DNA of 48,882 bases from Lacisediminihabitans sp. Lineage in GTDB: Bacteria > Actinomycetota > Actinomycetes > Actinomycetales > Microbacteriaceae. The stretch's first letter is position 1, and each line of letters starts with the position of its first letter. The position numbers and the translations under genes are program-made. The DNA lies in contig JBDTIM010000095.1 of assembly GCA_039936355.1 (NCBI GenBank), positions 1-48,882 of the forward strand, written 5' to 3'. The notes under the pieces are model-generated. The model was given only the letters and a program-made list of their open reading frames with translations. It made no database searches and was not told the DNA's origin. Positions 30,461 through 39,642 of this stretch are shown here, one piece after another.

Positions 30461-30545
30461 TCCTCATCCTTTCCGAACGTCGTTTCGCGCGAAATGCGTG
30501 ACGTCTCTAGTTGGCGCAAAGCGAACGTCACGGGCCCAAAGAGCC

Positions 30546-30609
30546 CCGTTCGCGGAGGCCGCCTGCCCTAAATTGAAAAGCAATTCAGTTCAACGACCCC
30601 CGCGAACGG
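30546..30609 (-). terminator. Extended stem-loop after the binding-protein gene
   Basis: CCGTTCGCGG (30546-30555) / CCGCGAACGG (30600-30609), with an inner AATTG-AAAAG-CAATT hairpin. Confidence 0.55.
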
Positions 30610-30630
30610 CCCAGCTAACTACTGCCGTCT

Positions 30631-31698
30631 CTACGCCAGCCTCTTCTTTGCTTCCTTCACGATGTCTGCGTCGACCAACCGGCTAACCGCAACCGTCTTG
30701 TCAACGACGCCGTACTTCTTAAGAATCTGCTGGCCATGGTCCCATTCCTTGGGATCAATTTCGCCAATAGACTTTGCGCCCTTGACATACCATTCTTTGA
30801 GCAAGACCTTAAGGTAGTCCTCGAAGACATTCCTGGCGCCGCCAGGGTTATAGACCTGATAGTGGGCATATGCCTTGTCGACATTCGCGGGCTTGTTGAG
30901 GAACTCATATGCCTTGAGCAATCCGGCAGCGAAGCCCACTACTGACTCACGATCACTTTCCAACAGCTTTATGTCAGCAACATATGCCTCACCGGGCACC
31001 TCTGCTTCTTCACTCAAGCTGAAACTCTGAACCGGCAACCCTTGCTCCTGGAATGTGAACACATCCTGGGTCAGTGCGATCCACGCGTCGATCTTGTTGT
31101 CCTTAGCCAGCTGATAGGCGCCCGGCCCGACCCCGACCACTGGGGTAGTAATTTCGGAAAGCTGGATTCCCGCCTTGGCGAGCATGATCTTCATCAGCGT
31201 AGACGTTTCCCCGCCGGCAGAGACAACCCCAAGAGTCTTGCCTCTGAGCTGCTCAGGCTTGGTGATGGGGTGGCTATTTGTCGACACAATCTGCCAGCCT
31301 CCTTGCTCAGCCTGGAAGAACACCTTGACCGGTATGTCTTTCATGATCATGTCCGCTGTCAACAGCGCCCCGCCAGATCGCCCGTATTGAGCGCTACCCG
31401 CGAACACACTCTGGAGACCAGCTGATGCACCTTGCCCCCCACGGACGGTAATGTCGAGGCCCTGTTCAGTCCAAAACCCCTCCTCTGCGGCTACATAAGC
31501 ATCCATAAAGGTTGGGATAAATCCGAACGGGGTTGAGTATGTCTGCTGGACAACAGGTCTTGTGCTTTTTTGAGAATCTGGCTTTTTCTTATCTCCACCG
31601 GGAGTCGGAGTGCTGCATCCAGAAAGGAGCAGGGTGAGGCCAGTTCCGCCCAGCGTGGGGACGAGTATGGCGGCGCGAAGGAAGTTCCGTCGATCCAT
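30631..31698 (-). CDS. ABC substrate-binding Tat lipoprotein, NMT1/THI5/SsuA-like
   Basis: MDRRNFL twin-arginine signal, lipobox LSGC, YVAxEEGFWxEQGLDI, LRGKTLGV. GAAAGG RBS before 31698. Confidence 0.85.
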   Translation of the reverse strand: MDRRNFLRAAILVPTLGGTGLTLLLSGCSTPTPGGDKKKPDSQKSTRPVVQQTYSTPFGFIPTFMDAYVAAEEGFWTEQGLDITVRGGQGASAGLQSVFAGSAQYGRSGGALLTADMIMKDIPVKVFFQAEQGGWQIVSTNSHPITKPEQLRGKTLGVVSAGGETSTLMKIMLAKAGIQLSEITTPVVGVGPGAYQLAKDNKIDAWIALTQDVFTFQEQGLPVQSFSLSEEAEVPGEAYVADIKLLESDRESVVGFAAGLLKAYEFLNKPANVDKAYAHYQVYNPGGARNVFEDYLKVLLKEWYVKGAKSIGEIDPKEWDHGQQILKKYGVVDKTVAVSRLVDADIVKEAKKRLA

Positions 31699-32060
31699 GT
31701 TCGGGCCTTTCTGTGCTGTGTTTAGAACGTTCATTTTCTTCCCCTAGCTTGATTGAGGTTCATTTCATATCTAGTTGTTGAGAAGGTCGCACTGCAATTC
31801 ATCTCACGCAGAGACGGTCTGCCACGCGTTTGCCGCCTGACGAAATAGGCGCACTACTGTGTGCTCCCGTTCCACCTTTTCTCCCACCAACACGAAGCTT
31901 GGTGAGGTGTCTGATGAAGTTCCCATCGTGCGGTTCTCGATTCCCTACTTGACCATGCGCTGAAACGAATTTGCATTTGGCGACAGCTGGATTGAGCCAC
32001 GCTCAAATGCTAGGAAACATGCGCTTCCGGCTAGCTTCTTTGTGTTTGGTATTTAATATT

Positions 32061-32184
32061 GTTCCGCTAGCTGTTCCACAAGTTCTTCGCTTAATCCTTG
32101 TATTCATCGGAGATTACCGCGATCACAAACACTCTGTCAAGGGTTGGGTGGCCTATCAACAAAAATCGTTCCGCTAAGCGAACC
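32061..32184 (-). promoter_or_regulatory. SigA promoter bracketed by two putative IclR operators
   Basis: Minus strand TTGACA (32140-32135)-N18-TAATCT (32116-32111). Operators GTTCC-GCTAAGC-GAACC (32168-32184) and degenerate GTTCC-GCTAGCT-GTTCC (32061-32077). Confidence 0.7.
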
Positions 32185-32521
32185 ATTCTTAAAACGCGAG
32201 AGCACTGTGCCACACATGTTTTATCCACGAGTCAGAGACCTCTGCTTCGCCTCAATGTGCCCTCACCCGAATGAATCAGCAGCAGCCGATGAACAGTTAT
32301 CGACGCTGGTGATCTCGCGCCTAAATTCTGCGGTCGTTACACCTCTATAAGAGAGGTGCCACTGGGCGACGTGTGGGCATCGATCAGCAGGTTGCGATCT
32401 CTGCGAGGCTCCGGAGTACGCTGTCGCGCGAATCCATCAATTAGCCGAGGACGGTCCCGCGGTGCACGTTGACTTTCAGACTGGCGATCATCGCAATCGG
32501 CCACAATCCCGTCTATTTAGG

Positions 32522-33604
32522 CTAGGAACCGTCCACGCGGCTTGGCACAGTCAATCCTGTCTCAATCGCAACGCTAGGTTGTGGTGTATTGCCGCCATCG
32601 TCCAACGCCCATGCATGGTCAATAGCCGTGCCACTGAGGCTCGTCGAAACCAGGCTCGACGGGACGTTGTTCACGCGAAGCTGATACACGTCAGACCGGT
32701 TGTAGTGTCCGGCCATATCAAGCATCAGCCTGGAACGGATGCACACATCAAAATCTACATCCGCATAGATTATTCCCTCTTCGTTGCCCTCCATCGGGCC
32801 GGCGATAACCTGCCCGTGCGGGTTTACGATGCACGTCCCTCCAGTCTGGAGAGGATCCCGTAGAAATGACTTATCGGCCTCAGTCACGGCGACGTCAGCA
32901 ATCATCTCTTCTGAGTTCACACTGCAACTACTTATAACAAAGCAACTGAGCATATGGGCAGTGCTGCGAGACACGAGCAAACTCCGTTCTCGAACCCCAC
33001 CGTTTGCATTGGCGGATACATGAGCCGGCCAACTTGCTACGTGGACGACCGGATACGAAGCGGAGATCATACCCAGGGCAAGGGGATTCGAGTTCTCACC
33101 ACAGATTAACGCGCTGACAGTACCTAGCCCCATAGGGAAAGTTCGTTGGGTTTCCGGCCCGCCGGGAGCGTGCACCAGCCTCTCGCCCAGGGTGGCAACC
33201 AGCTTTTGATGTTTTCCGATGATTTGCCCTGTCGAACTGATGAACAGCTGAGTGTTATACAGAGTGCCCAGCGTGTTGGGGATTCGTTCGGTGAGACCGA
33301 TTACTACCCCGATATGACCGACAGCAGCAGCCTCGCAGAGCGCATCAACGGCATCGCTCGGAATCTCTACGGCTTCCTTGAAGAGTCGTACGGACATTTT
33401 CACGCACTCCGGACTCCCCCACGGTCGGTAGTGGAACCACAGCGGATGCCCGGGAATGAAGTTTTCCGGAAATGCGATGATGTCTGCCCCTGCAGCACCA
33501 GCTTCTCTAATGAGACGGCACGCCTTGACTACGGTCGCCTCTCGGTCTAACCACACCGACGAGGCTTGAACCGCCGCCAACTTTGCCGTCTGCTGAGTGA
33601 GCAC
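32522..33604 (-). CDS. Nitrilase / carbon-nitrogen hydrolase
   Basis: Glu-Lys-Cys triad (FPE, HQKL, LICGEN), LYNTQL, GHYNRSDV. Confidence 0.88.
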   Translation of the reverse strand: MLTQQTAKLAAVQASSVWLDREATVVKACRLIREAGAAGADIIAFPENFIPGHPLWFHYRPWGSPECVKMSVRLFKEAVEIPSDAVDALCEAAAVGHIGVVIGLTERIPNTLGTLYNTQLFISSTGQIIGKHQKLVATLGERLVHAPGGPETQRTFPMGLGTVSALICGENSNPLALGMISASYPVVHVASWPAHVSANANGGVRERSLLVSRSTAHMLSCFVISSCSVNSEEMIADVAVTEADKSFLRDPLQTGGTCIVNPHGQVIAGPMEGNEEGIIYADVDFDVCIRSRLMLDMAGHYNRSDVYQLRVNNVPSSLVSTSLSGTAIDHAWALDDGGNTPQPSVAIETGLTVPSRVDGS

Positions 33605-33705
33605 CGTACAGTCCCTCTTTCAACCCTTAAGGAGTGAGACTTAGCGAGCGGCGCACCGCGCTCTGATCTCCCTCGATCCAACAGTGGGCCTCAACCCACA
33701 TGCTT

Positions 33706-34311
33706 CTATGAATTCCAGCGCGCCAATATGTCGTCGCTACTTTCGACATCGCAAAAGTAGAATTCGAGATTTGCAATTGCAGGCTCGGCTAGTTCCTGTC
33801 GCGTCCAACCGACGAGATCCGAAGCCAAGGTAACCGTGAATTCAGACATATAGGCATCTCGAATCGTGGAATCTACACACACATTTGCCGCGGTGCCGCA
33901 CACAACGAGGTTGCTCCGCTCTGTTGCCCTCAACAAGTTATCGAGTGGCGTCCCGACGAAAGCACTGTAGTGAGGCTTTTCAATCACTACATCATTAGTG
34001 TTCGGCTGCAACCCTTCAGCCAATTCAGCGCCCCAGCTTCCTGCAGCACACACAGTCATGGCCCCGCGCTGCATGGCCTTGGCCCGAGAACGTCGAGCGG
34101 CTGAAAGGAACTTTTCTTGACGTGATTGTGTTACCCAAACGATGAGGCACCCGGCCGCCCGTGCCGAGTCGAGAAACTGCGGCAATCGCGCTGCAACGTC
34201 CGTGTTCCTCGATATGTCAGCACCCAGGGCGGCCATCGCTCCGTCCGGGGAACAAAAGTCCTTCTGCATGTCAATTATGACAACGGCAGTATTACTCGGG
34301 TCGGAGCTCAT
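33706..34311 (-). CDS. Isochorismatase-family cysteine hydrolase (amidase)
   Basis: Asp-Lys-Cys triad (IDMQKDF, EKPHYSAF, AANVCVDST). The ATG at 34311 has a GAAAGGTGA RBS. Confidence 0.88.
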   Translation of the reverse strand: MSSDPSNTAVVIIDMQKDFCSPDGAMAALGADISRNTDVAARLPQFLDSARAAGCLIVWVTQSRQEKFLSAARRSRAKAMQRGAMTVCAAGSWGAELAEGLQPNTNDVVIEKPHYSAFVGTPLDNLLRATERSNLVVCGTAANVCVDSTIRDAYMSEFTVTLASDLVGWTRQELAEPAIANLEFYFCDVESSDDILARWNS

Positions 34312-34346
34312 TCGGTCACCTTTCCTGCTCAGCACAGCTCAGTATC

Positions 34347-34363
34347 GTTCCGCTGAGCGTACT
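34347..34363. promoter_or_regulatory. Putative IclR operator in the divergent region
   Basis: GTTCC-GCTGAGC-GTACT, downstream of a possible minus-strand TTGACG-N17-GATCCT promoter (34416-34388). Confidence 0.55.
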
Positions 34364-34693
34364 TAACAATAACTATGGCGTAACTCAAGGATCGCATACT
34401 GCATGTCGACCGTCAACAGAGAACATAAGGTGGAGCTTAGATATCGAAAGTGCTATTCCGTTCTTTCAATCGTGGGTGAGTTTGACTATATTGAATCTTG
34501 TACCACTGAGAGGAACATATTTGTTGACGTTTCCGTGGATCGGATTGTTGGTCGTCTCGACCGCAGAGAATCTCCGGACGACGGGCAGATTTATCCCGTG
34601 CGGTGAAAGGGGCTTTTCGGAACCCCTCTCATAAGTCAGCGATCAGGCTCCGAGGCCTACAGGCTGGGTTGTCAGCGAAATGGAGAGCAGAGC

Positions 34694-36223
34694 ATGGATA
34701 GCTGGGATTACATCGTCGTCGGTGCAGGCTCTTCTGGTGCAGTCCTGGCAACACGACTCACAGAGAACCCGTCGGTGAATGTCTTGCTCCTCGAAGCAGG
34801 TCCCGACTATCGATCAGCAGAAACTCCAACGCAGTTCCGCGACCGCAACCTTGGCCGCGGGCTCGCTCTGTCCCCTCCACGCGAGGAAGCCGATCCGGAA
34901 TTCTTTTGGAGCGGAATCACAGCTCGAAGAAATCCGGTCCAGGATGTTTTCCCCTACCGACGTGGCCGCGGGCTAGGTGGGAGCTCGACCATAAACGGTT
35001 TGGCTGCAATTCGAGGACTGCCGACAGATTTTGACGAGTGGGTCCGCTCCGGTGCGAAAGGTTGGGCATACGAAGACCTGTTGCCCGCGTTCGTGAAACT
35101 AGAATCCGACGCCGACTTTCCCCAAGCGGACTATCACGGCTCTCATGGCCCGATCCCCGTCTTCCGCGAACCAGAATCTGGGTGGGGAGGGGTGGATGTC
35201 GGGCTCCGAGACGCCGCACTGAGCGAGGGCTATTCGTGGAACCCCGACCACAACAAGCCACACGGAACAGGCATCTCGCCGTTCGCAATGAATATCCGAC
35301 ATGGGCGCCGAGTATCTACGAACGATGGGTATTTGGAGCCAGCTCGGCAGCGCAAGAACCTCACGATTCGAGGAAACTCCCATGTTGATCGGGTTCTCAT
35401 ACAACACGATCGCGCAGTCGGGGTCGTCCTTGCATCTGGCGAGAGAATTTTTGTCGAAAGCGACGGAGAGGTGCTCCTTTCTGCAGGAGCAGCTCACAGT
35501 CCAGCGATTTTGTTTCGCTCCGGAGTTGGCCCAGAAGCAGCCCTCACGTCGATCGGCGTTACGCCCGTGTCGTTATTGCCAGTGGGGGATGGGCATCAAG
35601 ACCATGCAATCACTTTCATCGAGTTACCGGTCGCTCGAGAGTCACAACTGAGCAATGGAAGCAGGCCGAGCAATATTGTCGTTCGATATTCGTCAGGGCT
35701 CGAAGGTGGCGGACCCAACGACATGATGCTGTTGGCAAGCAACCACAATTACTGGTTTGGCTTGTCAACAGCCGCTATCGCCGTTCAACTAAACCAACCG
35801 TTCTCGCGTGGCAATTTCGTATTGAGGTCGGCAGATCCGTTTGACAATCCCCATTTTGAGCAGAATCTCTTGTCCGACCAGCGAGATCTGGCCCGGATGC
35901 GTGACGGCATCGCCCGAGCCTCGCGGCTGCTCACCCAGCCCTCATTTAGACAACTCATCACAGGCCCCGTTGATCTGCCATCGAGCGACGGGGAAATCCT
36001 CGCGAAAGTAAAGGACGTCGTGCATCTTTGTTCAACAGCCAGGATGGGATCCGCCAGCGATCCCCACGCCGTCGTAGACCCCGATTGCGAAGTCATCGGA
36101 GTCAACGGGCTTCGCGTAATTGACGCGTCTATCATGCCCAACATCGTGAGCGCCAACATACATTTGACCGTCATCGCCATGGCGGAATTGATGGCAACGA
36201 GGCTCATGGCGAAGCCTCGATAG
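34694..36223 (+). CDS. GMC family flavin oxidoreductase
   Basis: DYIVVGAGSSG, LLLEAG, RGRGLGGSSTING, catalytic H (VHLCSTARMG), GLRVIDASIMP..VSAN. Confidence 0.92.
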   Translation: MDSWDYIVVGAGSSGAVLATRLTENPSVNVLLLEAGPDYRSAETPTQFRDRNLGRGLALSPPREEADPEFFWSGITARRNPVQDVFPYRRGRGLGGSSTINGLAAIRGLPTDFDEWVRSGAKGWAYEDLLPAFVKLESDADFPQADYHGSHGPIPVFREPESGWGGVDVGLRDAALSEGYSWNPDHNKPHGTGISPFAMNIRHGRRVSTNDGYLEPARQRKNLTIRGNSHVDRVLIQHDRAVGVVLASGERIFVESDGEVLLSAGAAHSPAILFRSGVGPEAALTSIGVTPVSLLPVGDGHQDHAITFIELPVARESQLSNGSRPSNIVVRYSSGLEGGGPNDMMLLASNHNYWFGLSTAAIAVQLNQPFSRGNFVLRSADPFDNPHFEQNLLSDQRDLARMRDGIARASRLLTQPSFRQLITGPVDLPSSDGEILAKVKDVVHLCSTARMGSASDPHAVVDPDCEVIGVNGLRVIDASIMPNIVSANIHLTVIAMAELMATRLMAKPR

Positions 36224-36348
36224 CTAGGCCTCGAGCCTCGATTTCGTGGCCCAGGTTTGTGTCAGAAAGTACGACCGCGAGTCTCCGACTATTCATTTTC
36301 AGGACAAGCTCCAAGCAACGAGGAAATACACAATAGAAAGGCTGAAGA

Positions 36349-37101
36349 GTGAGTTCGCTCTCGATCGGCATCATTGTTCCACCGTCCAACCCGACAGTGG
36401 AGCCTGAGTTCCGCCGAATACTGCCGCCCGATATCGACACCTATGTCACTCGACTCCCTGTCATCCCGGGAACGCTTGCTGAACGCTTGGCTGCATACGG
36501 CCAGCACCTTCCGGAATCCGCGTCCACGCTGGCAGGGCTTGACGTGAACGCGATAGTTTCGGCCTGCACCGGATGCTCCTACAGTTCTGGTAGGGCTGCA
36601 GACCACGAGCTCGCAACTGCGATCAGCCATTCGCTGAACGCGCCGGTCGTCACTGCGGCCGGCGCGGTTTTGCTCGCGTTGGAGCAACTCAACGTGGATT
36701 CCCTCACTCTCATTTCTCCCTATCCCGATTGGCTGACAGAGAAGTCCGCGGCCTACTGGCAGAGCGCTGGAATCACGGTCGAGAGCGTCGTTAGCATTCC
36801 CGGTACGGGGCGAATCTACGACCTGAACTCAGATGCCGTGCTCGATATTCTCACCTCCACGCTCTCAAAGCACCCCGTATCAACGTCGGGGCACGCCATC
36901 CTCGTCACGGGAACCGGAGCGCCCAGCCTGAGCGCACTGAACGAAAAAGCGCCAACAACTCAGACCCCACTGTTGTCATCAAATTTGGCATCGGCTTGGG
37001 CCGCGCTCGAGGCAATGAACGCCCGTGACCATATCGAGTCGTCACCGAGTATCGCGTTGAAATTGCTCGATCAACGTATTCCCAACCGCACTGCACACTA
37101 G
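36349..37101 (+). CDS. Maleate cis-trans isomerase / arylmalonate decarboxylase (Asp/Glu racemase superfamily) protein
   Basis: GIIVPPSNPTVEPE, ACTG, LISPY, PLLSSN.A.AW. Confidence 0.82.
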   Translation: MSSLSIGIIVPPSNPTVEPEFRRILPPDIDTYVTRLPVIPGTLAERLAAYGQHLPESASTLAGLDVNAIVSACTGCSYSSGRAADHELATAISHSLNAPVVTAAGAVLLALEQLNVDSLTLISPYPDWLTEKSAAYWQSAGITVESVVSIPGTGRIYDLNSDAVLDILTSTLSKHPVSTSGHAILVTGTGAPSLSALNEKAPTTQTPLLSSNLASAWAALEAMNARDHIESSPSIALKLLDQRIPNRTAH

Positions 37102-37139
37102 AACGCCCACATACCAACCACATTTTCAAGGAGACCATC

Positions 37140-38345
37140 GTGAGTGACACCACACAGCTCGAACCCGTAATCATTGTCGGCGGTGGGCCAGTCGGAATGA
37201 TTACGGCGTTAGCCCTCGAAGGGAGCGGCGTCCCAGTAACGCTTCTAGAGAGCGGGCCAGACGAACTGCGATCGGAATGGCGCGGGTCGACAGTTCATCC
37301 GCCCACGGTGGCAATACTTGCCGAGCTCGGCCTCGCGGATGACATTCTCAGCGAGGCTGTCCGTCTTGAACGCTTGACCTATCGCGACCTGGAGCTGGAG
37401 GGCGAGGCATCCTTCAGTTATTCGCTACTCAGCGGACAAACCCCGTACCCATTTCGACTGCAGTACGAGCAGTACAAGCTTGTTCGCCTCCTCAAAAAGG
37501 CACTGGTTGATCGGGAGGTCACGACCCTCTACAACAGTAAGGTAGTGGGCTTGCGCCAAGACGATGATGCCGTCTATCTGGACGTCGAGACCAGCGAAGG
37601 TACTCGCGCCCTAGGGGGTCGCTGGGTCATAGCGGCAGATGGTGCACACAGCACCATTAGGCACATCCTGGATGTCCCCTTCCCCGGATTCACCTATCCA
37701 CTTCAGAGCCTTGTCGCTGCTACTGCTTTCGACTTTGAGAGCTACTTCCCCCAGTTGCCTGCGGTGAGTTATTGGACTGGCCCTCGAGGACGGTTCTCCC
37801 TTATTCGGACGCCAGACATTTGGAGAATCGCTCTGTCCACCAGCACAACCTCCGACGAGACGTATGTTCGTGACGGAAGCCGCCCGCACGCAGACTTCAT
37901 CGCCGACATCGAGCTGCTTTTTAAAGGTGAGGTTGACCCACTGAGCATAGAGCTTCAGCAGCACCAGATGTACCGCACTCACCAACGGCTTGCTGAAACA
38001 TTTAAAGTTGGACGAGTGCTCCTCGCTGGAGATGCCGCACACCTGAGTAGCACTACCGGCGGAATGGGTCTCAATTCCGGAATTCACGATGCAAGTGCTC
38101 TTAGCAGAGCCTTCGGCGAGCCCGATTTGGAGGCCGCTCTGGAGTCATATGCGTATGGGAGACGCCGGATGGCAGAACAAGTAATCCAACCCATGACGAC
38201 ACAGAGCCGACAGCGCACCGACCTTGCCAGTGTCGAAGCACGCCAACAGCGCCTCACGGATATGATTCAACTCGCCTCTCATGAAGAAAGCGCCCGGGAA
38301 CACTTGATCGGGACCAGCATGTTGCGTGTCAGCGGCCTTGCTTAG
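37140..38345 (+). CDS. FAD-dependent monooxygenase/oxidoreductase (FAD_binding_3)
   Basis: IVGGGPVG, AADGAHS, LAGDAAH..GGMGLNSGIHDA. AAGGAG RBS. Confidence 0.88.
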   Translation: MSDTTQLEPVIIVGGGPVGMITALALEGSGVPVTLLESGPDELRSEWRGSTVHPPTVAILAELGLADDILSEAVRLERLTYRDLELEGEASFSYSLLSGQTPYPFRLQYEQYKLVRLLKKALVDREVTTLYNSKVVGLRQDDDAVYLDVETSEGTRALGGRWVIAADGAHSTIRHILDVPFPGFTYPLQSLVAATAFDFESYFPQLPAVSYWTGPRGRFSLIRTPDIWRIALSTSTTSDETYVRDGSRPHADFIADIELLFKGEVDPLSIELQQHQMYRTHQRLAETFKVGRVLLAGDAAHLSSTTGGMGLNSGIHDASALSRAFGEPDLEAALESYAYGRRRMAEQVIQPMTTQSRQRTDLASVEARQQRLTDMIQLASHEESAREHLIGTSMLRVSGLA

Positions 38346-38427
38346 ACCATCCGCACGCTAAGTTCACGTGTGGCAAACTTCAAGCGTGCGCGATTGAGCT
38401 AGCGCGATAACGAAGGGGTGAGACAAG

Positions 38428-39198
38428 TTGGCAACGAAGTCATCTCCAACGGGGACAGAAGCTGCCGAGCGTGTCGCAGACGTGCTTCTCGCGTTTTCCC
38501 ACGGCGACACGTCAATCGGTGTAAGTGCACTGTCACGAGAGCTGTCGCTCAGCAAAGCCGTGGTGCACCGCATCCTGAAGTCGCTGGTATCGCGCGCACT
38601 CATCCACTTCGACCCCGCGAGCCGCGAATACAGCCTCGGACCAGGTGCGACCCTGTTGGGCACGCGCGCACTACGCCAACTCGATTTGCGTATCGTGGCC
38701 CGCGACGAACTCAGCAAGTTGCGCAATGACACGGGTGAGACGACCACCCTGTCACTGCTGGTAAACGATAAGCGTACGTATGTTGATCAATACGAGAGTC
38801 GCCAAGAAATCAAGATGACGGTTGAGCTCGGTCGCCTTTACCCACTGTATGCCGGAGCTTCGAGCCGAACGATTTTGGCTTTTCTTCCGGAATCAGAGAT
38901 TGAACGCGTACTAGCATCAGGCCTTGACCCTTTAACTCGTGAAACCGTGCGTGATCCTCTCCAGCTGCGAGAGCAACTCGAAGACATCCGGAGCAATCAT
39001 TACGCCACGTCGCGGGGAGAGCGGCAGTCAGGAGCCGGATCCGTGGCGGCGCCGGTATTCGGCAGCGACGGTCGAGTGGTCGGATCTATCAGTATCTGTG
39101 GCCCACTCGCGCGCTTTGACCCCGACGCGGTCGCGCGATATATCCCTCTCGTGACAGCTGCCGCGACGAAAATCTCGTCAAATCTAACCGGACACTAG
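38428..39198 (+). CDS. IclR family transcriptional regulator
   Basis: HTH LSRELSLSKAVVHRIL, G...PLYAGAS, SVAAPVF....V.GSISI.GP. TTG start. Confidence 0.93.
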   Translation: MATKSSPTGTEAAERVADVLLAFSHGDTSIGVSALSRELSLSKAVVHRILKSLVSRALIHFDPASREYSLGPGATLLGTRALRQLDLRIVARDELSKLRNDTGETTTLSLLVNDKRTYVDQYESRQEIKMTVELGRLYPLYAGASSRTILAFLPESEIERVLASGLDPLTRETVRDPLQLREQLEDIRSNHYATSRGERQSGAGSVAAPVFGSDGRVVGSISICGPLARFDPDAVARYIPLVTAAATKISSNLTGH

Positions 39199-39603
39199 GG
39201 CGCGTTACGCGCTAAGCGCTAGTTCAGCAACGCGGCAGCGCCCCACGCGCAGGGTGATGAGACGCCCTCCCGTTCGATCGAAGAAGTATCGAGCCCTGTC
39301 GACTCTGCAGCGGGATCTTCACTCATCGGCTCGCGTTGGCCAACAGCGAGTGCGGCACGTCTCCACCTCTGCTGAGACAAGCTTGCCGCGTGAGTCGACT
39401 TTCTCCACCAAATTTTGCTATCTAGCAATCCACATAAGTAGCGCTCCAGCCTCATGCCGTGTGTTCCTCTAGGAGGAACTTTAAATCGAAAATGAGACCT
39501 GTCACCTCGAGGAATTGCACCTCCTTGTAGGGATTGTCGACCAATTGTCTCGCAAATGACTAGAAAGAGCTGACGTTCTAAGCTATAGTTCAAATCTCGG
39601 AAT

Positions 39604-39620
39604 GTTTCTCAGGACGGAAC
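39604..39620. promoter_or_regulatory. Putative IclR operator
   Basis: AT-GTTTC-TCAGGAC-GGAAC-AT, 15 nt after a TATAGT -10 element (39584-39589) and just before the RBS. Confidence 0.68.
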
Positions 39621-39642
39621 ATAGAGAGGAATCGAGTAATCA

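Noticed and set aside
31735-32521. TPP riboswitch upstream of the NMT1/THI5-like gene
   Set aside because: The conserved CTGAGA and ACCTGAT core elements were not found on the minus strand.
39219-39593. Small ORFs in intergenic gaps (39219..39593, 31971..32177, 32144..32350, 34403..34606, 21367..21792)
   Set aside because: No clear RBS or family motifs, and they overlap predicted promoter/operator regions.
14652-39620. CRISPR or REP interpretation of the recurring GTTCCG...GAAC motif
   Set aside because: Copies are isolated, kilobases apart, promoter-associated and have no spacers; no cas genes are present.
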